Shown here in pieces: positions 1 through 10,100 of a DNA stretch of 64,000 nucleotides. Each line of letters starts with the position of its first letter. The stretch's first letter is position 1. The translations under genes were made by a program, and so were the position numbers. This DNA is from Thermoanaerobaculia bacterium (GTDB taxonomy: Bacteria; Acidobacteriota; Thermoanaerobaculia; UBA5066): NCBI GenBank assembly GCA_963816185.1, contig CAWFJJ010000006.1, positions 1,326 to 65,325 on the forward strand, in the 5' to 3' direction. The notes under the pieces are model-generated. The model did no database searches. It had not been told where the DNA came from and saw only the letters and a list, made by a program, of their open reading frames with translations.

Positions 1-429
1 ATCGTCGCCCGTCACCTGGATCTGCGCGGCGAAGGCGCAGCTTTCATCGCCGGTCCGGCGCGCGGCCTTGCGATTCGCGGCCGACACCGTGTACGCGACG
101 CCTCCGAGCGATCCTCCGCTCTGGGCAAGGAGCTCCGTCGTGAGAGGCACGGGTTCGTCCCGACCCTGCACGACGGCCCAAAGCTCGAAGAAGGGAGCCA
201 CGGGACGGAACGCGGTACCGTCGCGAAACTGGATCGAGGAGGGGATGGTCGGCTGTACGGAGCCGTCCGACTTCACGAGAAGCGTCGTGGCAGGCTGGAT
301 CATCGTCGAAGCGCCGCCGTGCGTCGAGGGGTCTTCCACCCAGACGAAGCTCTCGAGCGGAACATCGCTTCCACCCAGGCGCGCGACGGCCATCGGCGGT
401 AGAAAGAAGAGCTGTTCGATTACACTCAT
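1..429 (-). CDS. LodA/GoxA-like quinoprotein amine oxidase, N-terminal 143 codons (rest of gene lies outside the window)
   Basis: Absent from the ORF track because there is no stop inside the window. Manual reverse-strand translation from ATG (429..427, GGGAG 7 nt upstream) runs stop-free to position 1: MSVIEQLFFLPPMAVARLGGSDVPLESFVWVED...IQFRDGTAFRPVAPFFELW...VAYTVSAANRKAARRTGDE. The pattern (AVARLGxS ... FRDxxxxxRxxAxFFxLW ... YTVxxANRKAA) recalls the LodA N-terminal domain (Marinomonas LodA: HPSIGVARLGN ... VHLANKKAAW, from memory). Confidence 0.55.
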   Translation of the reverse strand, partial: MSVIEQLFFLPPMAVARLGGSDVPLESFVWVEDPSTHGGASTMIQPATTLLVKSDGSVQPTIPSSIQFRDGTAFRPVAPFFELWAVVQGRDEPVPLTTELLAQSGGSLGGVAYTVSAANRKAARRTGDESCAFAAQIQVTGDD

Positions 430-488
430 TCGGGAGCTCCCTGCACGTCCCGTTTCGGAATCGCTCCGTCGTCTGCCTGAGCATTGCG

Positions 489-1655
489 ATGGACAAGTTC
501 GCAAATCGCGAGGTCGTAATCGCCGGGGCCGGAATTGCGGCCGCCGCGACCGCGCTGCGTCTCGTTTCGCTCGGTTTTCTCCCGCGGCTCATCTCGCTGG
601 GCCGCACCATGACGCCGGGAGTCGAGGCCGTTCCCGAGGGTGCGTTCCCGCTGATCGCGGAGCTCGGTCTGGAGGGAGCCGTGTCCCGCGCTGGCGGAAA
701 GACTTTCGAGGGATTCGAGAACGCGTGGAACTCTTCCGCGCCCCTCGTCCGCTCCGGGCGGTGGCTTCGGGTCGAGCGGAGCACCTTCGCCGCCGCCGCC
801 ATCGAGTGTGCCGTGACGCGGGGCGCTCGCGTTTCGCGCGCGAAGAAGCTGCCCCCCGCGCCGGACGGCTCGTTCATCGCGGTCGACGCCACAGGCCGAT
901 CCGCGGCCTGGTCGCAGCCCATCCGACGCCGGGGGAATCAGATCGCGGACCTTTTCGAGATGCCATCCTCGGTCGCCCGCGGCCGCATCGAGCGTTGCTC
1001 GGGAGGCTGGACGTATCGGGTCGGGACCACGTTGGGAGTCGTGAGCACGCACCGCGGCCGCCCGTGCGTTCCGGCCGGGGCTCGCTACATGGGCCGCCGG
1101 CCCGCGTTTCCCCAGTGGTGCGAAGAGCCGGTCCGAGGCCGCAGGATCGCCGTGGGCGACGCCGCCCTGGCCTACGATCCCCTGGCCGGTCAGGGCGTAC
1201 GGTTCGCGCTCGCGTCGGCCATCGCCGCCTCGACCGTCATCCGCGCCTGGGCCGGGACGGGCGATGCCGACGCCGCCACCCGCTTCTACCGTGACTTCGT
1301 CGCCCACGCCCGGACCCGCCACCTGGAGTTTCTCGCGAATCTGGATCGGGATGAGGCCCCCGAAGCATCGAAGCCCCTGCCCGCGCGGATTCGATTCTGC
1401 GGCCGCATCGGCAGAGCCGAGCTGAGCGTCGACTCGCGGGTCGTCACCGATCACGTGATCCTCCTCGCCGACAAGACCGCGGTCCGCTGGGTCGGCGGCG
1501 TCGATCTCCTGGAGATTTCGCGGCTGGCGCGATCGTCCATAACTTCGAAGTTCCTGATCAGCGAGCTCGAATCGGCGGGTATCGCCCCGGTCACGGCCGG
1601 GGCGGTTCTCGGCTGGTGCTTGCGCAAGGGCGTGCTCAGGGCGACGGATCGATGA
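489..1655 (+). CDS. FAD-dependent oxidoreductase, LodB/GoxB-like candidate
   Basis: 388-aa ORF. N-terminal dinucleotide-binding motif VVIAGAGIAAAATALRL and later GDAALAYDPLAGQGV, typical of FAD monooxygenase/halogenase-like flavoproteins. Lies 59 nt from the LodA-like gene and is divergent to it. Confidence 0.6.
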   Translation: MDKFANREVVIAGAGIAAAATALRLVSLGFLPRLISLGRTMTPGVEAVPEGAFPLIAELGLEGAVSRAGGKTFEGFENAWNSSAPLVRSGRWLRVERSTFAAAAIECAVTRGARVSRAKKLPPAPDGSFIAVDATGRSAAWSQPIRRRGNQIADLFEMPSSVARGRIERCSGGWTYRVGTTLGVVSTHRGRPCVPAGARYMGRRPAFPQWCEEPVRGRRIAVGDAALAYDPLAGQGVRFALASAIAASTVIRAWAGTGDADAATRFYRDFVAHARTRHLEFLANLDRDEAPEASKPLPARIRFCGRIGRAELSVDSRVVTDHVILLADKTAVRWVGGVDLLEISRLARSSITSKFLISELESAGIAPVTAGAVLGWCLRKGVLRATDR

Positions 1656-1839
1656 GGGGCTGGAGCGGTCGGCGTCCTCTGTCCTCGTTTTGGGACTGCG
1701 TCTCAATATGGGCAGTAGCAGCGTCTCTGTCAAGGGTTCGCGGCGGATGAGCCCTCCCGAAAATTGCGCGAGCGACGAAGTCCGGGGTCAAACGCCCGGA
1801 TTCACTTGTCCGAATACCTGAGACACAGGGAGGTCACTC

Positions 1840-2178
1840 GTGGCACGTCACGATTTGAAACCAGGGCTCATGGGCGCCGGGCTCATCCGGGCGCTCGTCG
1901 TCGTCCTCGCCTTTGCGCGCGCCCCTCTCGACGCTCAGCGTCCCGATACATCCTGCAACGACAAGGCTCCGAGCGAGTGCGCGAACGTGAAGTTTCTGGG
2001 GGAAAGCGACGGCTGCGCGTGCTTCGTCTGCAACCCGAACACCCCGAAGCGCAAGGTCGTCTGCACCAAGAATGCCGCCGAGAAGAGAGCTCTCTACAAG
2101 CTTCGCGACCAGGCGGTAAAGCCTGCTTCAGCCGGAGCGGGCCCGACCGCTGGAAAGGCTTCCAGGAGGGATCTGTGA
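1840..2178 (+). CDS. small secreted Cys-rich hypothetical protein
   Basis: 112-aa ORF, GTG start. Signal-like GLMGAGLIRALVVVLAFARAPLDAQ followed by 7 Cys (CNDKAPSEC...GCACFVCNP...VVC). Stop overlaps the next ORF start (GTGA). Confidence 0.4.
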   Translation: MARHDLKPGLMGAGLIRALVVVLAFARAPLDAQRPDTSCNDKAPSECANVKFLGESDGCACFVCNPNTPKRKVVCTKNAAEKRALYKLRDQAVKPASAGAGPTAGKASRRDL

Positions 2179-2813
2179 GCGCCACACAGCCGTCAGCTTC
2201 CCGAGAAGACGTCGCGCAGATGATCGAAAAGGCGAAGGCCGAGATCATCGCGGCCTTACCACGAGATGACTCTCGCGTCTGGAAGCTGACCTCCCTCATT
2301 CTTCCGATCGTCCTGACGAGTCTCCTCGGCCTCTTCGTCTACCTCATCCAGAGCGGCATAGAAGCTCGCTTGGACGACAGCTCGAAGCGCCTTCAAGCCA
2401 CGCTGAGCCTGACGCAGGACTTCTATCAAAGCCGCCTCAAGATCTACCTGGCGATCCACGAGGGCGCCGTGAGGATCGAGGAGAAAGCGGCCATCGCGGG
2501 CGGCGTCCCCGGCGGAGATTCGGGTCTCGAGGACAACGTCATCTCGTTCCACGACGCGTATTCGATCAATTCGATCCTTCTGTCGAGGGACCTTCGGCTC
2601 CTCTTGAAAGACTTCTGGAATGACGCGACCTCGGCCGTTCGTCGGGATGAGATCAGCCCGGACGATGTCTCCAAGATCCTGTCGGGCTTCGATAGGCTCG
2701 AGTGGCAGATGAGGCGCGATCTTCTCGTCGACGAGCTCTTTCCGCCGCAAGCCCCTCCCGCCCGGACGTCCTGGCCGACCCGCGCGTCTTCCGCATCCAC
2801 GGCCTCTCCCTAG
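2175..2813 (+). CDS. hypothetical single-pass membrane protein
   Basis: In-frame part of ORF 1764..2813 starting at GTG 2175, which overlaps the upstream stop (GTGA). One TM helix (WKLTSLILPIVLTSLLGLFVYLI). I recognise no family. Confidence 0.4.
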   Translation: MSATQPSASREDVAQMIEKAKAEIIAALPRDDSRVWKLTSLILPIVLTSLLGLFVYLIQSGIEARLDDSSKRLQATLSLTQDFYQSRLKIYLAIHEGAVRIEEKAAIAGGVPGGDSGLEDNVISFHDAYSINSILLSRDLRLLLKDFWNDATSAVRRDEISPDDVSKILSGFDRLEWQMRRDLLVDELFPPQAPPARTSWPTRASSASTASP

Positions 2814-2883
2814 GGGCGGGACGAGCGTCAGATTCCGCTTCGTGCTTTCACCTTCCCGGCCTTGATCGCCTTTAGGCGAGTCG

Positions 2884-5133
2884 TTATTTCGCGGCGAACT
2901 CGGGGTCCCCGGCGACGCGCAGGAAGAAGGCCCACACGTCGGCAATCTGGGCTACGGCCTGGTCGCGTGTCGAGCCCATGCCGTGCCCCGCGTCGGGGTC
3001 GATCCGGATCAGCACCGGCTTGCCGCTCTCCGTCGCCGCTTGCAGACGTGCCGCCATCTTGGCCGTCATCCACGGCGCGACCCGACGGTCGTTGAGTCCG
3101 ATCGTGAAGACGACCGCCGGATACGCCCCGCGAGGCGCCACGTGCTGGTACGGATCGACCTCGAGGATCGACTTGAAGCCGGCTTCCGCGTCCGGGTCTC
3201 CAAACTCCATCTTCTGGTTCGCGCCGTTCTCGGCGGCCAGGAGGCGCAGAGGGTTGACCATACCCACGGCGATGTGGGCGCCTGCGAACAGGTCGGGCCG
3301 CTCCGTGATCGCGCGGCCGACCAGAACCCCGCCGGCGCTGCCCCCTTGAGCGAAAAGGCGCGACGGAGTCGTCAGCTTCCTGGCGACGAGGTACTCGCCG
3401 CAGGCGATGAAGTCGCGGATGCCGTTCATCTTCTTCTCGTGGCTCCCGTCGACGTGCCAGCGTTCGCCTTTCTCGCCGCCGCCGCGCACGTGAGCCACCG
3501 CGAGAACGCCGCCGCGTTCGAGCCACGCCAGGAAGGAGGGGCGGAAGAACGGCGTCGCGGAGATGCCGTAGGCGCCGTACCCATGAAGGATCGCCGGGTG
3601 CGAGCCGTCGAGGACGAGGTCCTTGCGGTGCAGGATCGACAGCGGCACGTGCGCGCCGTCAGGGCTGACCGCCTCCACTTCCTCGGCGGCAATCTGCGAA
3701 AAGTCGGCGACCGAGGTGCTGCCGATGCCGATCGCCCGGACCTGCTTCGTTTCGGGACCGTAGGCGAAATAGGTACCGGGTCGAGTCCACGTCGTGAGGT
3801 CGAAGCTCGCACCGTCGCGGAGCGCGTCCGTCGCCAGGTCGTCGATCCACCCGTCCGCCGGAAGCGCGAGCGCCGCGGCGGTCTTCGCCTTCCAGGCGAG
3901 GCGCCAGAGCTGCGCGCGACCGTTCGCCATCTTCCGGACGTAGAGCGCGTCGCGCGCCGGCGCGATCGTGTCGATGGTCGCGTTCGGGTCCTCGGCGATC
4001 TCGACGCGTGCCTTGGCGAGATCCGGGTTCTCGAGCGGCACCGAAACGAGTCGCCGGTTCGAGGCGCCCTTGTAGGTGAGAAGGTAGAGGCGGCCGCCAT
4101 GGACGACGGCGGCCTCGACGTCGTCGTCGTAGTTCGCAACCGGACGCCATGCTGTCTTCGCGCTGCCGCTGCGGTCCAGATCCGCGATCGCGGCGACGGC
4201 GAACCGGCTGTTGCTGTGGGCGCCTCCAGCGGATGCGACGAGCCAGCGCGAATCGGGCGAGGCGGAAACACCCGGGAACTCGTCCGGCGCGATTTTCATG
4301 GTCTGCGAGTCGCCGCCTTCGAGGATCAGGACATCCTTCTCGACGGGTTCGCCAAGAACATGGAGCCGCACTTTCATGTTGAGCATCGGATCGGCGCCCG
4401 ATGCCGGCGCGGCCATTTGCGTGTAGAAAAAGCCTTTGCCGTCGGGCAGCCACTCCGCCGGAAACTCGCCCCAGATCCGCTCGACGACGTCGGGAAGCTG
4501 CTTCCCGCTGTCGACGTCGATCACGTGGATCGCGCAGACTTCGCTCCCGCCGGTCGAGAGGTTGTAGGCCACGCGTGCACCGTCGGGCGACGGCGCGTAG
4601 CTGTTGAGCGAGGCATGCGTGTCCTTGCCGCCGAGCGCAGCAGGGTCGACAAGAACCTTCATCTTCGCATCGGCGTCGCGGACGGAAAGCTTGGGAAGCT
4701 GCTCCCCGGCGGCGAGAGCCAAATAGAAGGCTCGCCCGCCGGCGAGCTGCATGGAGGATGCCGTCGACGTGTCGCTCGCGAGGTGGCGCACACGTTCGAA
4801 CAGCTTCGTACGGCCGGGGACGCCCGCGAGGAACGTAGTGGTGTATGCACCCTGCGCGCGGAGCCAACCCTCGAGCTCCGGGTTCTTGGCGCCCTCCATC
4901 CAACGGTACGGGTCGACCACCTTCACGCCGAAGCGCTCCTCGACGACATCCGTCTTTCGCGCCACCGGGAGAGTCGCATGGGGCGCAACCGCGGACGGCA
5001 CGGCCTGCCGCTCTTTCGTCGTCGGCGTCGTGAGGGCCGTGGGCGACGGCTGGCCGAAGCCGGCCCGCGCGAGGAACAAGATCGTCCAGGTCAGAAGCAC
5101 GAGGCGAACCGTTCGGGTCGTCATGTGACGCAT
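2884..5133 (-). CDS. prolyl oligopeptidase family (S9A) serine peptidase, secreted
   Basis: 749-aa ORF. Signal-like N-terminus, DPYRWME motif, beta-propeller region, catalytic Ser motif GGSAGGVLVG and C-terminal DPDAGHG. Confidence 0.9.
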   Translation of the reverse strand: MRHMTTRTVRLVLLTWTILFLARAGFGQPSPTALTTPTTKERQAVPSAVAPHATLPVARKTDVVEERFGVKVVDPYRWMEGAKNPELEGWLRAQGAYTTTFLAGVPGRTKLFERVRHLASDTSTASSMQLAGGRAFYLALAAGEQLPKLSVRDADAKMKVLVDPAALGGKDTHASLNSYAPSPDGARVAYNLSTGGSEVCAIHVIDVDSGKQLPDVVERIWGEFPAEWLPDGKGFFYTQMAAPASGADPMLNMKVRLHVLGEPVEKDVLILEGGDSQTMKIAPDEFPGVSASPDSRWLVASAGGAHSNSRFAVAAIADLDRSGSAKTAWRPVANYDDDVEAAVVHGGRLYLLTYKGASNRRLVSVPLENPDLAKARVEIAEDPNATIDTIAPARDALYVRKMANGRAQLWRLAWKAKTAAALALPADGWIDDLATDALRDGASFDLTTWTRPGTYFAYGPETKQVRAIGIGSTSVADFSQIAAEEVEAVSPDGAHVPLSILHRKDLVLDGSHPAILHGYGAYGISATPFFRPSFLAWLERGGVLAVAHVRGGGEKGERWHVDGSHEKKMNGIRDFIACGEYLVARKLTTPSRLFAQGGSAGGVLVGRAITERPDLFAGAHIAVGMVNPLRLLAAENGANQKMEFGDPDAEAGFKSILEVDPYQHVAPRGAYPAVVFTIGLNDRRVAPWMTAKMAARLQAATESGKPVLIRIDPDAGHGMGSTRDQAVAQIADVWAFFLRVAGDPEFAAK

Positions 5134-5177
5134 CCTTCAACAATCCTCGTGCGTCGGCAAGGTCCTCGTGCAGGCGG

Positions 5178-5969
5178 TCATCCTTTCGGTGCCGTGCCGA
5201 CCTCGAACACCTCTCGCACCTCTCCGAGCGGCGCGCCGCCTTCCCCGAAGCTCCTCTCCGCGAACCGTGCCGTGCCGTCCGTTCCAACGACGAGGGCCGT
5301 CTGGGCACGCGTCCCGTAGCCTGGGAGCAGGACGAACGCCGCAGAGAGAGCCCGCTCCCAATCCGGCGGCAGGCCCGTCGCCGGGAGGTCGCCGTCGGGC
5401 GCAACGGTCCGGTCCGCGAGAAGGTCCAGGAGCCGGCGCTCGAGGTCTTCCGCGCCGTCGGCGGTCTCGAGCGCCGCCTGGACGCGCGAGCGGGCGGTCG
5501 TCACCTTGGGCCACGGCGTTTCGAGGAGGTGATTCGAGAGGCCCCAGACGCCGGGACCGAGGAGCTTGGGGTCTCCCTCCACGTTCGAGAAGGACCATAG
5601 CTCGGCTTCGTCCGAGACGAGGAGGTTGAAACCGTGGTAACGGCCTGCGCCGGCCCGAGCCGCGGCGACATAGTCCGCCGCGGCGGCATCGCCCCGCAGG
5701 AAGTCCGCAACGAGCGCGCCGCGCGAGGGCGCGCCGTCCTTCTTCGGAGCCGACGCGTCCCGGAAGTTCGTGAGCGCGGCGAACCGGCCCCGTCGCGTGA
5801 CTCCCATCCACGTCCCGCCCGCCTCGAGGTCGCGACCCGCGAGAACATCCGGCGCGTCGGCCCACCATGCGGCCGGTGCGGCGTGGCGCGCGAAGAACTC
5901 ATCGCGGTTGGCCGCGACGGCGAGGCGCGTCCTCGGCGACGCCTCCCACGCAAGGACGATCAGGCACAT
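5178..5969 (-). CDS. NRDE family protein (DUF833/TANGO2-like)
   Basis: 263-aa ORF starting MCLIVLAW with the eponymous VAANRDEF motif and GGTWMGV. Confidence 0.85.
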   Translation of the reverse strand: MCLIVLAWEASPRTRLAVAANRDEFFARHAAPAAWWADAPDVLAGRDLEAGGTWMGVTRRGRFAALTNFRDASAPKKDGAPSRGALVADFLRGDAAAADYVAAARAGAGRYHGFNLLVSDEAELWSFSNVEGDPKLLGPGVWGLSNHLLETPWPKVTTARSRVQAALETADGAEDLERRLLDLLADRTVAPDGDLPATGLPPDWERALSAAFVLLPGYGTRAQTALVVGTDGTARFAERSFGEGGAPLGEVREVFEVGTAPKG

Positions 5970-6098
5970 GGCGGCATGCCCATTCCTCCGAGAGCGGGCA
6001 GCCCGTCAGGCCAGAACGGAATTTCGTGCGACACGATCTCAATCGCCATATCATTTCGCGCGGTTTCCGGGCGGTTGACCGACGCCAGAGAGGTCGGG

Positions 6099-7100
6099 GT
6101 GCAGGCTCTCTTTCGGCAGGAAGTATTCCACGCGGGCAGCCGGGTGTTCCGGTGGGAGGACGTCGTCCTGGCGGCGGAGCTGTGGGGCGACTGGAAGCTC
6201 ATCGAAGAGAGGGCGCTTCAGAATCTCGCCGTCCTCGCCTCCGTGGACTCCGGAACCGAATCCGCGGTGCCGGAAGATGAGATCGACAAGGCGGCGGACG
6301 ACTTCCGGTACGAGCGGGATCTCATCACGGCCGAGGAGCTCGAGCGTTGGCTCTCACGCTGGCGCCTCGACGCCGAGACCTGGCTCGGCTGGATTCACGC
6401 CACCCTGCTCCGCGACCGTCTGCCGGGCATCGTCTTTTCAGGCCGGCCGGAAGCAGAGGTTCGTCAGGTCGAGCTGGCCGTCCTCGCCGAGGCCGTCTGC
6501 TCCGGGGAACTGGAGCGTCTCGGTCGGCAGCTCGCCGCCCGCGCCGCGATCGCAGAGCGGGAGAGAGAACGAGAGAAGGTCGCCGACGACGAGGATCGAA
6601 ACTCGGCCGGGTCGCTCGCCGAGCGTCGGGAAGTCCTCGCCCGGCTGGAGCTTTCGTACGAGCGGTTCCGTGAGGAGGTGCTCACTCCGGACGCCCTGGC
6701 TGCGCGGGTCAAGGCGCGCCTTACCGATTGGACCCGAATCAGCTGCAGCGTCCTGAGGCTTTCGGCCGAAGACGCCGCGCGCGAGGCGGCGATGGCGGTG
6801 CGCCAGGAGGGAGTCGACCTCGGAACGCTGGCGGAGGAGATCGGCGAGGCCACGGAAGACGGCGTGGAGTTTCTCGAGGAGGCGGAGCCGGAGGTCCGTG
6901 ACATCCTTCTCTCGGCGAGGCCGGGAGAGCTCGTCGGGCCGGTGAACGTCGGCGACGAGTTCGTGCTCGTCTCTGTCCGCGCGAAGACCCCGCCGGCGCC
7001 CGACGATCCCGAGGTGCTCGAGAGAGCCGAGTCGAGCCTCCTGGAAGGGCTCGTCGCACGCGAGGTCGACAACAGGATCACGTGGACATGGAAGCCGTGA
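6099..7100 (+). CDS. hypothetical accessory protein of the exporter operon (parvulin/SurA-like C-terminal tail?)
   Basis: Downstream part of ORF 5634..7100. The upstream part is antisense to the NRDE gene and is discarded. GTG 6099 has GAGAGG upstream, but the start is uncertain. The C-terminus ARPGELVGPVNVGDEFVLVSVRAK resembles the end of PpiC-type PPIase domains. The 3' end overlaps the exporter start by ~19 nt. Confidence 0.45.
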   Translation: MQALFRQEVFHAGSRVFRWEDVVLAAELWGDWKLIEERALQNLAVLASVDSGTESAVPEDEIDKAADDFRYERDLITAEELERWLSRWRLDAETWLGWIHATLLRDRLPGIVFSGRPEAEVRQVELAVLAEAVCSGELERLGRQLAARAAIAEREREREKVADDEDRNSAGSLAERREVLARLELSYERFREEVLTPDALAARVKARLTDWTRISCSVLRLSAEDAAREAAMAVRQEGVDLGTLAEEIGEATEDGVEFLEEAEPEVRDILLSARPGELVGPVNVGDEFVLVSVRAKTPPAPDDPEVLERAESSLLEGLVAREVDNRITWTWKP

Positions 7101-10100
7101 CGAGCAAGGCGAGCTCGGCCGCCGCATCGGAGATCGAGGCGGCCCGGATCTTCCTCGACGACCTGCCGCTCCTGAAGTTCCTCTCGCCCGCGTCGCGCGC
7201 CGCCGTGACCGCGAAGTTCGTTCCCGTCGCCTTTCCCTTCGGCGCCGTCATTCTCCGCGAGGGCGACCCCGCCGACGCCTTCTTCGTCGTCGTCGCCGGG
7301 AAAGCGCGGGCGGTGAAGACGGGGGAACAGGGCGAGGAGGTTTCGCTTGGCGTACTTCGGCCCGGAGACAGCTTCGGCGAGATGGGTCTTCTGGATCCTT
7401 CAGCAAAGCGGCAGGCCACCGTACGCGCCTCGAGCGCGGCGACGGTCCTCCGGCTCGACCGGAACGCCTTCGACGCGCTTCTTTCCGGTGATCCGGAGAT
7501 CCGGACCTGCCTGGAGCTCCACGTCAGGTACCGGAGCCTCCAGAACCTCTTCCGTCTCTACACTCCTTTTTCCACCCTTCCGCCGTCCGTCCTCGCCGGG
7601 CTCCTCCACCGGTTCGAGACGATCTCCGTCGCCGCCGGTGAGGCCGTCTTTCGACAGGGGGATGGCGAGGGGCCTCTCTTCGTCGTCGAGGAAGGGCGGC
7701 TTCGCGTCTTCACCGAAGACGATGGGCACCGGCGAAACATCGCTTATCTGCGAAAAGGCGACGTCTTCGGAGAGATCTCGGCCTTCACGGGGGAACCGAG
7801 AAAGGCCACGGTCGAGGCTGTCACGCCCTGCCGGCTCCTGAGCCTTCACCCGAGCGCCTTCCGGGCGGTCACGGACGCTCACCCGGAATTTCGCGCGGCC
7901 ATCGGACGACGTATCGCCCAGTACGACTATCGAAAAGAGGCCAGGGTGCCGCTCGACTTCGCCGACGAGCTCCTGCCCGCGGAGGCGCAGGTGGAGGAGG
8001 TGGGACCCGACCAGATCGACGAGGACGCCGATCGTCCGCCGGACGAATCTTCAGCGGAGGGATCCGCCGCTCCCTTCGCGACGGAAGACGGTCGGTTCGT
8101 CAAGGGGCCTCGGCGGATCCGCCGCTTTCGCTTCGTCCGGCAGATCGACGAAATGGACTGCGGCGCGGCCTCCCTCGCGATGGTCTGCCGCCACTTCGGC
8201 CGCGCGGTGAGCCTCGCGCGGATCCGGCAGCTCCTCTTCACGTCGACTGACGGCACCAGCCTCCGGGCGGTCTGCCGCGGTGCGGAGGAGCTGGGGCTCG
8301 CCGCGCGCTCCGTCAAGGCCTCGGCGAGGCACCTGGACCAGATGCCGCTCCCCGCGATCCTGCACTGGGGCGGCAACCACTGGGTCGTCCTTTACGACGT
8401 GAGCCCGACGGAGGCTCGCGTGGCCGACCCGGGGGTCGGGCTCAGGCGCCTTCCCCGCGCGGAGGTCGAGAAGGAGTGGACCGGCTACGCCGCCCTCTTC
8501 GACTACACGGAGGCGTTCGAGAAGGCTCCGGTGGGGCGCTCCAGCTTCGCCTGGCTCACCCGGTTCTTCCGGCCGCACGCGGGCGTCCTCGCGAAGGCGG
8601 CCGGCCTCGCCCTGATCGTCAGCGTCCTGCAGATGGTCCTCCCGGTCTTCAGCCAGGTCATCGTCGACCGGGTTCTCGTCGAGCGCGACGAGGGGCTGCT
8701 CCGGATCCTCCTTTTCGGGATGGGAGGCGTCCTCGTCTTCTCGACTCTCGCGATGGTCCTGCAGCGATATCTCCTGAGCTTCGCCGCGGTCCGGATCGAC
8801 GCCTCGACGCTCGACTTCGTCACGCGGCGCCTCCTGTCGCTTCCGATGTCCTACTTCTCGACGCGGAAGACAGGCGACATCCAGCGCCGCCTCATGGGCC
8901 TCCGGCAGGTGCGAGAGCTCCTCGTCCAGTACGGGGTCTCCTCGCTGACCGCCCTCTCGCAGCTCTCCGCGGTCCTGATCCTGATGTTCGTCTACAGCCC
9001 CCTCCTCGCGGGCGTCTTTCTCGCGACCGTCCCCCTCTACGCCCTTCTCATGCGGTACTCGAGGCGCCGGCTGCGTCCCGTCTTCGACACGCTCGAGGAG
9101 GCGTTCGGAAAGTATTCCGCCCAGCAGATCGACACCATCAAGGGGATCGAGACCGTCAAGTCGCTCGGGGCCGAAGGCTCCCTCCGTCAGCTGATGCTGG
9201 AGAGGTTCCTCGGCCTCGCCCGAAAGCAGTTCCGCGCCGACTTCACGGTCATGACCTACGAAGGCGCCGTCCAGGCCGTGAGCTTCCTCTCGACCGCCCT
9301 CTTCCTCTGGGCGGGGGCCGTCCAGGTGATGCGCGGGTCGCTCACCATCGGCGGGCTCGTCGCGTTCAACACCCTCGTCGCCCTCGCGAACGCCCCGATC
9401 GGGATCCTGCTCGCGACCTGGGACCACCTCCAGTACGGAACGGTTCTCCTCGACCGCCTGAACGACGTCTTCGAGCAGAAGCCCGAGCAGGGCGACGACC
9501 GGTCCCAGCTTCTCCCGGTCCGGACGCTCGCGGGAAAGGTGTCGCTCCGAAACGTCGGCTTCCGATTCGGCGGGCCCGAGTCGCCGTTGATCCTCGACGG
9601 CCTGACGTTCGACGTGGACCCGGGAAAGATGGTGGCGATCGTCGGCCGGAGCGGCTCCGGCAAGACGACCCTCGCCAAGCTCCTCTCCGGCCTCATGGAG
9701 CCGACCGAAGGATCGATTCTTTTCGACGGAGCGGACCTCAAGACGCTGAATTACCGGGACCTCAGGCGCCGCGTCGGCTTCGTCCTCCAGGAGAACTACC
9801 TCTTCGACGAGACGATCGCCCGGAACATCGCCTTCGGCGACGGCGAGCCCGACGTGGACCGGGTCCTTTGGGCCGCCCGGGTCGCGAGCGCCCACGAGTT
9901 CGTCGAGAGGTTTCCGCTCGGCTACGACACCCGGGTCGGCGAGTCGGGCCTCGCCCTCTCCGGCGGGCAGAAGCAGCGCGTCGCCATCGCGCGGGCCGTC
10001 TACAACCGTCCCCCGGTCCTGATCTTCGACGAGGCGACCAGCTCTCTCGACACCGAATCGGAGCGGGCGGTCAAGGAGAACCTCGACCGCCTTCTGGAGG

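Noticed and set aside
5634-6098. Upstream 155 codons of ORF 5634..7100
   Set aside because: They are completely antisense to the well-supported NRDE gene and Arg-rich. The plausible coding part begins near 6099.
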